64,000 nucleotides of DNA from Wenzhouxiangella sp. (GTDB taxonomy: Bacteria > Pseudomonadota > Gammaproteobacteria > Xanthomonadales > Wenzhouxiangellaceae). Shown piece by piece: positions 7,955 through 17,294 of the stretch. Under the pieces are notes generated by a model. It ran no database searches, was not told where the DNA came from, and saw only the letters and a program-made list of their open reading frames with translations. How positions within the stretch are numbered: position 1 is the first letter of the stretch; the number at the start of each line of letters is the position of its first letter. The stretch is from the NCBI GenBank assembly GCA_046540955.1, contig JBKHEF010000013.1, positions 1,104-65,103 of the forward strand. The letters run 5' to 3'. Position numbers and translations under genes: made by a program.

Positions 7955-10403
7955 TGCGGTCTGATCTCCTGGTCAGCGCGGTTTGAGGCTCGAAGACCGC
8001 CAGCGCGACCTCTGGCGGCGCCAGCACGAGCACAAGATCGCCGTTGACTGCCTGATCCAATCCGGTCCGGATGGCCTGTGCCCGGTCGGCGAATGTCGTG
8101 ACCTGGCTGGGCAAAGCTCCTGCGGCAAGTACTTTCTGGCGAAAGTAGTCCAGCATCTTTTGCTGCGGGTTGGGACCGGCCCACTCAGGATTACGCTCGA
8201 TGTAGCCGGTGTAGCCGCTGAGCGTGATGGTGGCAAAGCGTTGCGCAAATGCACCGGCCAGCTCATCGATGTGGCAGCGGTGGCGCGCGCCGATGGTCAT
8301 GCAGACCAGGTGCACCCGGCCCGATACCTGCAGTCGATCAACTACTTCGAGCACGCGCTCGACGCCGTCAGGATTCTGGGCAAAGTCACTCAATACCGTG
8401 AACGGGTAGCCGGTAATGAAGTTGTAGCGACCCGGGTTATCGGCAGTGGAGTTGCTAAAGCCGGCAAGCGCCTGGCGGATGCGCGCCGGGTCGATGCCGA
8501 GGGCCCAGGCGGTGGCTGCTGCGAAGCGTGCGTTGAAGCAGTTGCTTTCCAGCAAGCCTTCCATGGTGGCTGGAATTTCAGCCAGAGCCATCAGCGGCGA
8601 CTGCTGTTCGCCCCGGGCCAGTATCAGCCAGTCACCATCCGAACGCCGGTCGACGAAGACGGCTTTTCCGCCCTGGCGGCGATGGGCCAGCAGTTCGGGA
8701 TGCTGCCCGGATTTGGCAACCAGTACCAGGTGCCGGCAGCGCGCGCGAGCGCGCATGTTCAGACACAACGGGTCATCAGCATTGAGCACGATCGACCGCG
8801 TGGCGCGGCCGATCAGGCGTCCTTTGACCTCGGCCATGGCCTCGAGGCTGTCGATGCCGTCTACGCCCAGGTGGTCTGCTCTAACGTTGAGGCAGGTGGC
8901 CACTTCGCAGTGGTCGAAGGCGGTGCCGGTCTTGAGCAGGCCGCCGCGAGCCGTCTCCAAAACCGCCGCGCGAGTGCGGTTGTCGGCCAGCACCATTGCG
9001 GCTCCCGTGACCCCGGCCACATCGCCGTCGATGATACGCTCGCCGCCCAGGAAAGCGCCCTCGGTGGTGGCCAGGCCGACCGCGTCGAACGCCTGTGCCA
9101 GAATGCGAGCGAGCATGCGGCAGGTGGTGGTCTTGCCGTTGGTTCCGGTAACCGCCACGAGCGGTATCCGCGCTCGTTGGCGGTCGGGAAACAGGGTGTC
9201 AACCAGGCAAGCGGCTATCGACCTGCGTCTGGCATGGTCGCCATGGCGCATCAGGTCAGGATCCGGCAGCACGTTAGTGATCACGCAGTTAGCTGCTTCG
9301 GCCGGCCCGGCCGGGTCGACGACGGCCATGTCTACGCCGGCCAGAACGGGCAGCTTGCACACGGCCGCGGCGCGCTCGGCCAGTTCGCGGATCGGTTGGG
9401 AGATCCGGTCGAGGACATCCTCGGTATATGGCGCGCTGGAGACGGCTCGAAGCCGCCCGCCGATGACCAGACAGCGATAGTGCTGCCCTGGTGGCCAGGA
9501 CTCGACCCAGACCCGTCGATGCGGGCCGGCCAGGACATCGAAAGCCGCCGCGACTTCACTGGAGCGGTGCAGCGGGCCCAGCGTATCGGGCGTATTTGAA
9601 AGATGGGGAAACCGCGGCTTGTACAGCGTCCGAACCGCCACCGGATAGCCCAGGCGCTCGGCGGCCCGGATCGCCCGCCGGGCAGAGTTCTGGTTGCCAA
9701 ATTCCAAATCCTGCCGTGGCAAGGGCAGGCCGGCCTGCGCCAGTCTCGGCATCAGCTCGGCCCGGCAGCGAATGGATTCCAGCAGGTGTTCGCTGGCACC
9801 TTCCGGCATGGCCCCGGCCACCAGGCGACGACGACATCCATGGCCAAGCTGGAGCAGGCCCACGCGGATCGGACGGTCCGGCGGCGACGGATCGAAAGGC
9901 TCCTGGTCAAGCCAAAAGGTCGGCAGGCCGGCAGCGTGGGCTGCCTCGCGCACCAGCTTTGCATCGGCATCAAGGGTCCGCGCGGATGCAAAGCGCAAGA
10001 AAGCGGCTGCGCGGTCGAGCAGATCGTCAGGTTCTGAGTTTGTGTCGATGGACAGCAGTTCTGCAGCCAGTTCCCCGGCCCGCAGCGCGCTCAGGCTTTC
10101 CTCCACCGGAAGGGCAATTGCCCAGAGGCACGAACGCCGCTCGACGGTTGTCGTGCCCGCGCCATGGCCGGCCGCCTTGAGCAGGCAGGCCACCAGGCGG
10201 CCGAAAAACTCCATCGGTTCTTCACGATCAGTCGCTGATTGTCCGATGGCCCGCACACCGCACTGTTCCAGCCGCCTATCCAGCTCATCGGCCCGCTTGA
10301 TCGCTGCTTCCAGCAGCGGTCTATTCAGCTCAAACCACGCCACCGGCGGCGGCCCGAAGCTGGAATATCCAGAAACGATGTGACTTGAAAGGATGATTGA
10401 CAC
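7911..10403 (-). CDS. Cyanophycin-synthetase-like protein: degenerate ATP-grasp plus intact Mur-ligase domain
   Basis: LLQLGHG, LGYPVAV, YRCLVIGG, GVDM; then VAVTGTNGKTTT P-loop, VLETARGG, DHLG, NADD, PGRYN, DFAQNP. Confidence 0.85.
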   Translation of the reverse strand: MSIILSSHIVSGYSSFGPPPVAWFELNRPLLEAAIKRADELDRRLEQCGVRAIGQSATDREEPMEFFGRLVACLLKAAGHGAGTTTVERRSCLWAIALPVEESLSALRAGELAAELLSIDTNSEPDDLLDRAAAFLRFASARTLDADAKLVREAAHAAGLPTFWLDQEPFDPSPPDRPIRVGLLQLGHGCRRRLVAGAMPEGASEHLLESIRCRAELMPRLAQAGLPLPRQDLEFGNQNSARRAIRAAERLGYPVAVRTLYKPRFPHLSNTPDTLGPLHRSSEVAAAFDVLAGPHRRVWVESWPPGQHYRCLVIGGRLRAVSSAPYTEDVLDRISQPIRELAERAAAVCKLPVLAGVDMAVVDPAGPAEAANCVITNVLPDPDLMRHGDHARRRSIAACLVDTLFPDRQRARIPLVAVTGTNGKTTTCRMLARILAQAFDAVGLATTEGAFLGGERIIDGDVAGVTGAAMVLADNRTRAAVLETARGGLLKTGTAFDHCEVATCLNVRADHLGVDGIDSLEAMAEVKGRLIGRATRSIVLNADDPLCLNMRARARCRHLVLVAKSGQHPELLAHRRQGGKAVFVDRRSDGDWLILARGEQQSPLMALAEIPATMEGLLESNCFNARFAAATAWALGIDPARIRQALAGFSNSTADNPGRYNFITGYPFTVLSDFAQNPDGVERVLEVVDRLQVSGRVHLVCMTIGARHRCHIDELAGAFAQRFATITLSGYTGYIERNPEWAGPNPQQKMLDYFRQKVLAAGALPSQVTTFADRAQAIRTGLDQAVNGDLVLVLAPPEVALAVFEPQTALTRRSDRNDRQRPQSTTSHQP

Positions 10404-10482
10404 GAACCGATTTTATAGCGTTTGCCCGGGCTCGGGCACAGCGCTGGGCTATGCGGATCCTTGAGCCGGCGGGACTGCTTTT

Positions 10483-12762
10483 TCAGCGCGAAACCAGGGT
10501 TATGCGGCTGGCCGTGGTGCGTTCTATCGCCTCCCGGGACCACGGCACGGTCCAGGGTTCGCCGTTGAGGAAATCACCCAGGAAGCTGTCGAAATGGGGG
10601 CTGAAGGGGTTGCCGGACTGGCCCATGGCCAGGTTCAGGGTGAAGCTGTCGGGATCATTCCAGTCCAGCACGAAGCGCATCGAGGCCCCGGCCCGGGCCT
10701 GCCAGTTGGCGGTTTCGGTATCGAAGCGGCTGAAGGTGGCGTTCAGGCTGGCGCTGTCGCCGCCGAAGGGAAACGGGCCACGGCTCAGGTTCAGCCAGCG
10801 GTCGAGCAGCGCGGACCGGGCCAGCGGGTGGCGAACGTGCAGGGTCTGGATCATCCCCAGCGGTCGGGCACCGGCCCGTAGCGCATCGTCGAGCGCCAGG
10901 GCGGCGGCTTCATCGCGGTCACGGGCGGCAAGGTCGGGTGCAGTTTCGCCATCGCGCAGCCAGCGGTCGGTGAGCGGGCGCAGGGTGCGCCAGTCCGGGC
11001 GAGCGGATTCGTGGCTCGAGTCGAACAGCGCGCGTGGCAGGTAACCCCACCAGCGCGCGAACAGGCCGGCAACATCCGATTCGATCCGCATGTCGCCGTC
11101 CCAGCGGCGCAGGTCATCGGCGATCACGCTGCGCCCGCTGCGCTCGGCGGTCTCGGCCAGCCAGTCCTTGAAGGCCATGGCGCGGTCGGAGGTCTGATCG
11201 AGCTGGAAGCGGGTCATGTCGGCCTGGTCGAAGCGCTCCTGGCTGGTCAGCAGTTCGGTGGCGCGGCGGATTCGGTCCTGGTAGTAGAAACCGGGCAGGG
11301 CATAGGGCCAGTCTGTTCCGGCCGCCAGGTTGTTGGCATTGGCCAGCCAGCCCTGTGGGGGGTCGAGCGCAAACGGCCGCGCTGCCGGTGGCTGGAAGCC
11401 GCGCCAGTGATAGCGCGGATCGGCCCCGTCGAGCACGCGGAAGAATTCCCGATGCTCGCGCACAGGGACCGGGGTGGACTGTACGTAGCCTATATGACCG
11501 TTGCGGTCGGAATAGCTCCAGTTGACCGACAACGCACCCATGTCCCCGGCAGCGGCCCGAAACTGGGCAAAGTTTTCGGCCCGGTTGATCGCCAGTCCCT
11601 GGCCGATCAGCGGTGCGATCGGCAGCTCGAAGCCGGCCCAGCCCAGGACCAGCACTTCGCTGGCATTGGCCTCGATGACCTTGCCGAACGGCGCATATTG
11701 GTAGGTCTGGACCTGGGCTGTTTCCTGGCCGCGCACAGTGATGCGTTCTTCGCGTTCCAGCAGGCTGACCCAGCCTTCGGGACCGAGGACGCGATCGGGC
11801 TGGTCCGGGTTGCGCTTGAGGCGATACAGCTCGAACAGGTCGACCGGCGCCACGGTGAACGCCCAGGCGATGCGGCCATTGTGGCCCATGGCCACGAACG
11901 GCAGGCCGGGCGCGGTCACGCCGACGACATCGAGTGACTCCTCCGAGTGCAGCCCGGCGGCATACCACAGGCCAGGCGCGGTGTTGAATTCCAGGTGTGG
12001 GTCCGAGGCATGCAGGGCCGCGCCGCTGGTCGAGTGCTGCGGTGCGATCACCCAGGTGTTGGAGGCTTCGGTCAGGCGCAGGGCGGGAATCGTGGTCATG
12101 CCGCCGGCAGTCAGCTGTTCCAGCCACCTCCCGGCCTCGGGACCGAAGCTTTCGGTCACGGCCAGGTAGGCATCGCGGATCTGCTGGACCAGGGTGAGGG
12201 GATAAAAGGTCTGGTAGTAGGCGATGCTCAGCACATCGGCCCGGGTCCAGGGTCTGGGCCGGTGCCCAAGCACAACAAACTCGGGTGGCAGTCGATCGGT
12301 GGTTGCGATGCGCTGGTTGACCCCGGCCAGGTAGGCATCGAGCAGGTCAGCGGTCGCGGGATCCAGCTGTGGCGGGTCTTCCGCCATCCGGCGGGCAAAG
12401 CCGAAACCGCGATGCAGGACATCAAGCTCGATGGCCGCAGGACCGAAAAGTTCGGCCAGTTCGCCGGCGGCCATGCGCCGGATCAGTTCCATCTGGAACA
12501 GTCTTTCCCCGGCATGCAGCCAGCCCAGTGCTATCAGCACATCGCGATCGGTCTGGCCGTGAATTCGTGGAATGCCGCGGTCGTCGAACAGGATTTCAAC
12601 CTGATGGCCCAGGCTTTCGACCCGAACCTGGCCCGCGTAGGGCATCTGCGACTGGGCCAGCCACAGCCGTCCGCCGAACCAGGCGGCCGCGAGCAGGACG
12701 AACAGACTGATCAGGCTGACCCAGAAGCTGCGGGCAAGGATGTTGCGGGTGCCGGTGCTCAT
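10483..12762 (-). CDS. Penicillin acylase family Ntn-hydrolase (S45), N-terminal membrane anchor
   Basis: DDRGIPRI, LHAGERLFQMELIRR, beta-chain SNTW nucleophile, ASDPHL, GHNGRIAWAFT, LANANN, GQSGNPFSPHF. Start reassigned to MSTG at 12762. Confidence 0.9.
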   Translation of the reverse strand: MSTGTRNILARSFWVSLISLFVLLAAAWFGGRLWLAQSQMPYAGQVRVESLGHQVEILFDDRGIPRIHGQTDRDVLIALGWLHAGERLFQMELIRRMAAGELAELFGPAAIELDVLHRGFGFARRMAEDPPQLDPATADLLDAYLAGVNQRIATTDRLPPEFVVLGHRPRPWTRADVLSIAYYQTFYPLTLVQQIRDAYLAVTESFGPEAGRWLEQLTAGGMTTIPALRLTEASNTWVIAPQHSTSGAALHASDPHLEFNTAPGLWYAAGLHSEESLDVVGVTAPGLPFVAMGHNGRIAWAFTVAPVDLFELYRLKRNPDQPDRVLGPEGWVSLLEREERITVRGQETAQVQTYQYAPFGKVIEANASEVLVLGWAGFELPIAPLIGQGLAINRAENFAQFRAAAGDMGALSVNWSYSDRNGHIGYVQSTPVPVREHREFFRVLDGADPRYHWRGFQPPAARPFALDPPQGWLANANNLAAGTDWPYALPGFYYQDRIRRATELLTSQERFDQADMTRFQLDQTSDRAMAFKDWLAETAERSGRSVIADDLRRWDGDMRIESDVAGLFARWWGYLPRALFDSSHESARPDWRTLRPLTDRWLRDGETAPDLAARDRDEAAALALDDALRAGARPLGMIQTLHVRHPLARSALLDRWLNLSRGPFPFGGDSASLNATFSRFDTETANWQARAGASMRFVLDWNDPDSFTLNLAMGQSGNPFSPHFDSFLGDFLNGEPWTVPWSREAIERTTASRITLVSR

Positions 12763-12840
12763 GGGCGGCAAGAATAGCGGATCATGCCCGCCAGGTTTGC
12801 CTATAATTTCGCAACTTCCCTGCCCGATACCGAGTCCGCC

Positions 12841-13407
12841 ATGCCCCGAGTTGCCGAAATCAAGCGCGGCCAGGTGGTCGAACACGATGCCACGGTCTAT
12901 GCCGTGCGCCAGATCGACCGCTCCGCTCCCACCGCCCGTGGCGGCGGCACCCTGTATCGTTTCAAGCTCGAATCCATTCCCGGCGGCGACAAGCGCGAGT
13001 TGACCTTCAAGGGCGATGATGTGCTCAAGGAAGCCGACCTGGTCCGGCGCCTGAGCGAATTCTCCTACCGCGATGCCGACGGCTTCGTGTTCATGGACGG
13101 CGAGGACTTCAGCCAGTACGTGCTCTCGGCCGAAGATGTCGGCGATGCCGCCGACTACCTGCTGGAAGGCCAGGATGGGATCTATGTGCTGATCATCGAC
13201 AGCCAGCCGGTGGCCATTCAGCTGCCCCAGTCGGTGGTCCTGGAAGTGGCCGATACGGCGCCGGTGATGAAGGGAGCGACCGCGTCGCGCTCGGCCAAGC
13301 CGGCCCGGCTGGAGACCGGTGTCGACGTGATGGTGCCCGATTACATTACCCCGGGCGAGAAGATCAAGGTCAATACCGAGACCGGTGAATTCATGAGCCG
13401 CGCCTGA
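12841..13407 (+). CDS. efpL: Elongation factor P-like protein EfpL (YeiP)
   Basis: Tip loop APTARG, C-terminal KPARLETG...VPDYI..GEKIKVNTETGEFMSRA. Confidence 0.9.
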   Translation: MPRVAEIKRGQVVEHDATVYAVRQIDRSAPTARGGGTLYRFKLESIPGGDKRELTFKGDDVLKEADLVRRLSEFSYRDADGFVFMDGEDFSQYVLSAEDVGDAADYLLEGQDGIYVLIIDSQPVAIQLPQSVVLEVADTAPVMKGATASRSAKPARLETGVDVMVPDYITPGEKIKVNTETGEFMSRA

Positions 13408-14522
13408 TGGCCGGTGCCGATTCGATCGATCCGCGCCTGAAGGCGCTGCGCGAGGAACTCGACGAAGTCGATGCCGGACTGGTCGACCTGGCCGCGCAGC
13501 GCCAGCGCATCGTCGCCGATATTGGCCGGATCAAGCAGGGGACCGGCCGCCAGGTGCGCGATTTCCGGCGCGAACGCGAAGTGCTCGACCGGGTTCGTGC
13601 GCGGGCCGAACAGCGCGGCCTGGACCCGGATGTGGCAGAGGATCTGCTCAAGCGGCTGATCGATGCCTCGCTGACCCGCCAGGAGCAGGATCGGGTGCGC
13701 GCGGCTGGTCGCGGCGAAGGCCGCCAGGCCCTGGTCATCGGTGGTGCCGGGCTGCTCGGTCGGTGGCTGGTGGCCTTTCTGGAATCTCAGGGCTACGGCG
13801 TCGTGGTGGCCGATCCGGCCGTCGATCAGTCGCTGCCCGACAGTTACCGGGACTGGCGCGAGGCGCCGCTGGATGTCGAACTGGTTGTCGTTTCCACCCC
13901 CCCGAAGGCCAGCGCCGCAATCATCGAGGCGCTGGCAGATCGCCGGGTTCCCGGGCTGGTGTTCGATGTCGGCTCGATCAAGTCGCCGCTGATTCCAGCC
14001 CTGCGTTCAGCCGCCCGGGCTGGCCTGAACATCTGTTCGATTCACCCGATGTTCGGCCCGGATACCCGCTTGCTGTCGGGTCGTCATGTGCTGCTGATGG
14101 ACGTGGGTAATCGCACGGCGGTCGAGGCTGCCGGCGCCCTGTTCATCGATACCATGGCCGAAGTCGTCGAGGTGGCACTGGATGAGCACGACCGGCTGAT
14201 GGCGCTGGTTCTGGGCCTGTCGCATGCCTTGAACATCGCGTTTTTCACCGCCCTGGTCCGCTCCGGCATCGAAGCCGGTCAATTGGCCGGGATTTCATCG
14301 ACCACCTTCAAGCGCCAGCTTGAGATTGCCCGCGATGTGGCGGCCGAAAACCCCGATCTCTACCATGAAATCCAGCGTTTGAACGCCCACGGCGGACTGG
14401 CCCGCCGGGCCCTGGTCGAAGCCGTGGAGCTGTTGTCACTGGCCAGTGATGCCGACGATGCAAGCGCCTTTACCGAATTGATGCAGCAGGGCCGGCGCTA
14501 TCTCGAGGGACTGAGCCGCTGA
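13407..14522 (+). CDS. tyrA: Bifunctional chorismate mutase / prephenate dehydrogenase
   Basis: N-terminal CM2 (LREELDEVD...RDFRRE), IGGAGLLG Rossmann, DVGSIK, SIHPMFGP, EHDRLM. Confidence 0.88.
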   Translation: MAGADSIDPRLKALREELDEVDAGLVDLAAQRQRIVADIGRIKQGTGRQVRDFRREREVLDRVRARAEQRGLDPDVAEDLLKRLIDASLTRQEQDRVRAAGRGEGRQALVIGGAGLLGRWLVAFLESQGYGVVVADPAVDQSLPDSYRDWREAPLDVELVVVSTPPKASAAIIEALADRRVPGLVFDVGSIKSPLIPALRSAARAGLNICSIHPMFGPDTRLLSGRHVLLMDVGNRTAVEAAGALFIDTMAEVVEVALDEHDRLMALVLGLSHALNIAFFTALVRSGIEAGQLAGISSTTFKRQLEIARDVAAENPDLYHEIQRLNAHGGLARRALVEAVELLSLASDADDASAFTELMQQGRRYLEGLSR

Positions 14523-14528
14523 TCTCGC

Positions 14529-14801
14529 TCAGGCGAAATGCTCGTCCAGGTAGCGGTGGATTTCGGCCTCGACCCGCGATTCCAGCGCGCTGAGCAGGAA
14601 GCCCAGGCGTGCCTTGACGTGCACGACTTCCTCGGTCACGGCAATTTCACCGTGCACGCCGAAGCGCTCGAAATGAATCGTGTCGCCATCCCAGCCATAG
14701 TGGATGGCGAACTTGCTGGCCAGGTCGCGGGCCAGGTCATCAGCGATCCCCTGGGCTTCTTCCAGATTTTTGTTGTGCGGTTTGCAGATGTCGATGGCCA
14801 T
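14529..14801 (-). CDS. Polyhydroxyalkanoic acid system family protein
   Basis: 90 aa with the family pattern H..GLEEA...W.GD..HF.R.GV.G.I.V...V.V.A.LGFLL. Confidence 0.75.
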   Translation of the reverse strand: MAIDICKPHNKNLEEAQGIADDLARDLASKFAIHYGWDGDTIHFERFGVHGEIAVTEEVVHVKARLGFLLSALESRVEAEIHRYLDEHFA

Positions 14802-14808
14802 GGCTTTG

Positions 14809-16053
14809 CTATAAAGAGGTTTTCGGCGGCAACAGGACGCTGGCCAGGATCATGCCAATGGTCAGCGCCAGGGCAATCATACCCGCCATCACGGCGGTTT
14901 CGATGCCCGAGACGACGTCATCGGCCAGCAGCGTGGTCAGGCTGCGCAGGCCGATGCTGCCCGGAACAAGCAGGATCAGGCCGGGCAGGTGCATGATCGA
15001 GCCTGGTCGGCCGGTCAGGGTGACGAACAGGTTGCCCGACAACCCCACTGCGAGCGCGCCGATAAAGGCCCCGAAAACGGGTGCATCGATCAACAGACCC
15101 ACCCGTGACCCGGCATGGGCGATTGCGCAGGCCAGCAGGATCCAGATCCAGTTGCGCAGGTGGGCCTGGTTGAGCATCATCAGGCCCAGCGCAGCCAGGG
15201 CGACGCCGAGGGGAGGCAGCCAGGCCGGGGGATGGGCCGAAGCCGTCAGATCCGGCGGTCCGATCAGCCATTGTCCGGCCAGCCCGCCCATCACCAGGCC
15301 CATCGCCAGCAGGGCAAACACCATCAGCGCATAGGCCAGTCGCGACGAGCCGGATACCAGGTGGCCAGTGGCCAGTTCGCGTGCCGCGGTGGTCAGGTTC
15401 ATGCCGGGCAGCAGCGCGATGATGCTGGCGATGACCCCCGGTAGCAGGGCTGTGGTCGGATCAAGGTGGCACCACAGCATGCCCAGGAAGGTGGTCACGG
15501 CAGCCGCCAGCGGCGAGATCAGGCGCGCGCGTTCGACGTGCTTCCCCAGCCACAGGACAATCAGCCCGGTCAGCGTGCCCAGCACCAGGGCCAGCAGCAT
15601 CTCGCGCCAGTTGCCGCCGATCAGCGGTGCGATACCGGTCGACAGCAGCGTGAACCCCAGCAGTTGCAGCCAGTAGCCATACAGCGGCGGCGCGTGATCG
15701 ATTTCGCGCACCCGCTGGTCGGCCTGTTCGGGGCTCAGTTCCCCGGCGGCCAGTTGCTCCATGACCTCGGTCAGATCGGCCAGCTTGGCCAGGTTTGCGC
15801 TGCCCGGCGCTGAGCGGGCCAGGAAGGTGCGCTGTTTTTCGCCATCGCCCAGCGAGACGATCAGGGCCGTCGGGGTGGAGAAAAACTCTGCCTGCAGGCC
15901 CAGTCGCCTCGCCATGATCTGCATGGCATCCTCCAGCCGGTGGGCCGGCGAACCGACGTGCAGCAGGGCGCGGCCGAGGTTGAGGACCAGGGCCGCATAG
16001 CGGTTGGACTCATAGGGCTGGGCGTTTTCGGCAAGGTTGGCAGGGTCGGTCAT
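14809..16053 (-). CDS. ThrE family threonine/serine exporter
   Basis: GSPAHRLED, FFSTPT, LLPG..LT.A.RELA.GHLVSG..R, LVPGS; start reassigned to MTDP at 16053. Confidence 0.85.
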   Translation of the reverse strand: MTDPANLAENAQPYESNRYAALVLNLGRALLHVGSPAHRLEDAMQIMARRLGLQAEFFSTPTALIVSLGDGEKQRTFLARSAPGSANLAKLADLTEVMEQLAAGELSPEQADQRVREIDHAPPLYGYWLQLLGFTLLSTGIAPLIGGNWREMLLALVLGTLTGLIVLWLGKHVERARLISPLAAAVTTFLGMLWCHLDPTTALLPGVIASIIALLPGMNLTTAARELATGHLVSGSSRLAYALMVFALLAMGLVMGGLAGQWLIGPPDLTASAHPPAWLPPLGVALAALGLMMLNQAHLRNWIWILLACAIAHAGSRVGLLIDAPVFGAFIGALAVGLSGNLFVTLTGRPGSIMHLPGLILLVPGSIGLRSLTTLLADDVVSGIETAVMAGMIALALTIGMILASVLLPPKTSL

Positions 16054-16130
16054 GGATCGCAGTGTACTTTCTTGTTTGCCGATGCGGCATGTCGGCCAGG
16101 CATGCCGCTCTGTGCTAGCCTTCTGAGAAC

Positions 16131-17294
16131 ATGAATACCGTCGCTGATTATCTGTCCAGTCTTGTCGCCTTTCCCACGGTATCGCGGGATTCGAATCTGG
16201 ACCTGATCGACTGGGTCGAGACGCGTTTGGTCGGGTTGGGGGCACGCTGTCGCCGAACCTGGAGCGATGACCGGCGCAAGGCCAATCTTTGGGCCTCGTT
16301 CGGGCCCGAAGGTAGCGGCGGCGTGGTCCTGTCGGGTCACACCGACGTGGTGCCGGTCGAAGGCCAGGACTGGAGCAGCGATCCTTTCCAGCTCACGCAC
16401 CGTGAAGGCCGCCTGTACGGTCGCGGGACAGCTGACATGAAGGGGTTTTCAGCTGGCATTCTGGCGGTCCTTGGACGGGCTGATCTTTCTGCCCTGCGCC
16501 AGCCTCTCCACGTGGCCCTGTCCTACGACGAAGAGGTCGGTTGCCTGGGGGTGGACCGGATGATCGACGATGCCGTGGCCGCCGGCGCGTGCCCGGCCTA
16601 TGCCGTCATCGGTGAGCCGACCACCATGCGCATCATCCGCGCGCACAAGTCGATCAACGTGTTCCGCACCCGCATCACCGGCAAGGCGGCCCATTCCAGC
16701 CAGCCGCACCGCGGCGCGGGTGCGATTCTTGCCGCCGGCCGGCTGATCGATCAACTCTACCGGATCGGCGAGGAAAAACGGGCTGCGGCCGGCGCCAACG
16801 GCTTTGAGCCGCCCTGGACAACTGTCCAGGTGGGCCTGGTCCGGGGTGGCAACGCGGTCAACATCCTGCCGGCCGAGTGTGATTTCCTGTGGGAGTACCG
16901 GGCGCTGCCCGACGAGGATGCCGACGAGATCATTGAGCAGGTGCGCGCCTTTGCCCGTGACCAAGTCCTGCCTGCGCTGCGTGAATTCGCGCCCGAGGCC
17001 GACATCGCCATCGACACCCTGGCCCGGGTGCCGCCACTGGTGCCGGATCCGGGCCAGCGTGGCGAGGCGTGGGTGGGGAGCCTGCCCGGCGTGCGCCCGG
17101 GCGGCAGCGGTGAAGTCGCGTTTGCCACCGAAGCCGGCAGTTTTCAGCGCGCCGGGATTGCCAGCGTGGTCTGCGGCCCGGGCTCGATCGACCAGGCCCA
17201 CCAGCCCGACGAGTTCATCGAAATTGCCGAGCTCGAGCGCTGCGAGCGCATGCTGGAGGGGATTGTCGAACGCCTGGCGCAGCCGCTTTCATGA
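16131..17294 (+). CDS. argE: Acetylornithine deacetylase (M20)
   Basis: LSGHTDVVP, GRGTADMKG, YDEEVG, IGEPT, GKAAHSS, FATEA, AHQPDE. Confidence 0.9.
   Translation: MNTVADYLSSLVAFPTVSRDSNLDLIDWVETRLVGLGARCRRTWSDDRRKANLWASFGPEGSGGVVLSGHTDVVPVEGQDWSSDPFQLTHREGRLYGRGTADMKGFSAGILAVLGRADLSALRQPLHVALSYDEEVGCLGVDRMIDDAVAAGACPAYAVIGEPTTMRIIRAHKSINVFRTRITGKAAHSSQPHRGAGAILAAGRLIDQLYRIGEEKRAAAGANGFEPPWTTVQVGLVRGGNAVNILPAECDFLWEYRALPDEDADEIIEQVRAFARDQVLPALREFAPEADIAIDTLARVPPLVPDPGQRGEAWVGSLPGVRPGGSGEVAFATEAGSFQRAGIASVVCGPGSIDQAHQPDEFIEIAELERCERMLEGIVERLAQPLS

Noticed and set aside
7983-9599. 538-aa plus-strand ORF
   Set aside because: Shadow of the CphA-like gene
12841-13407. EF-P paralog with Arg at the tip
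   Set aside because: Matches the described EfpL/YeiP subfamily
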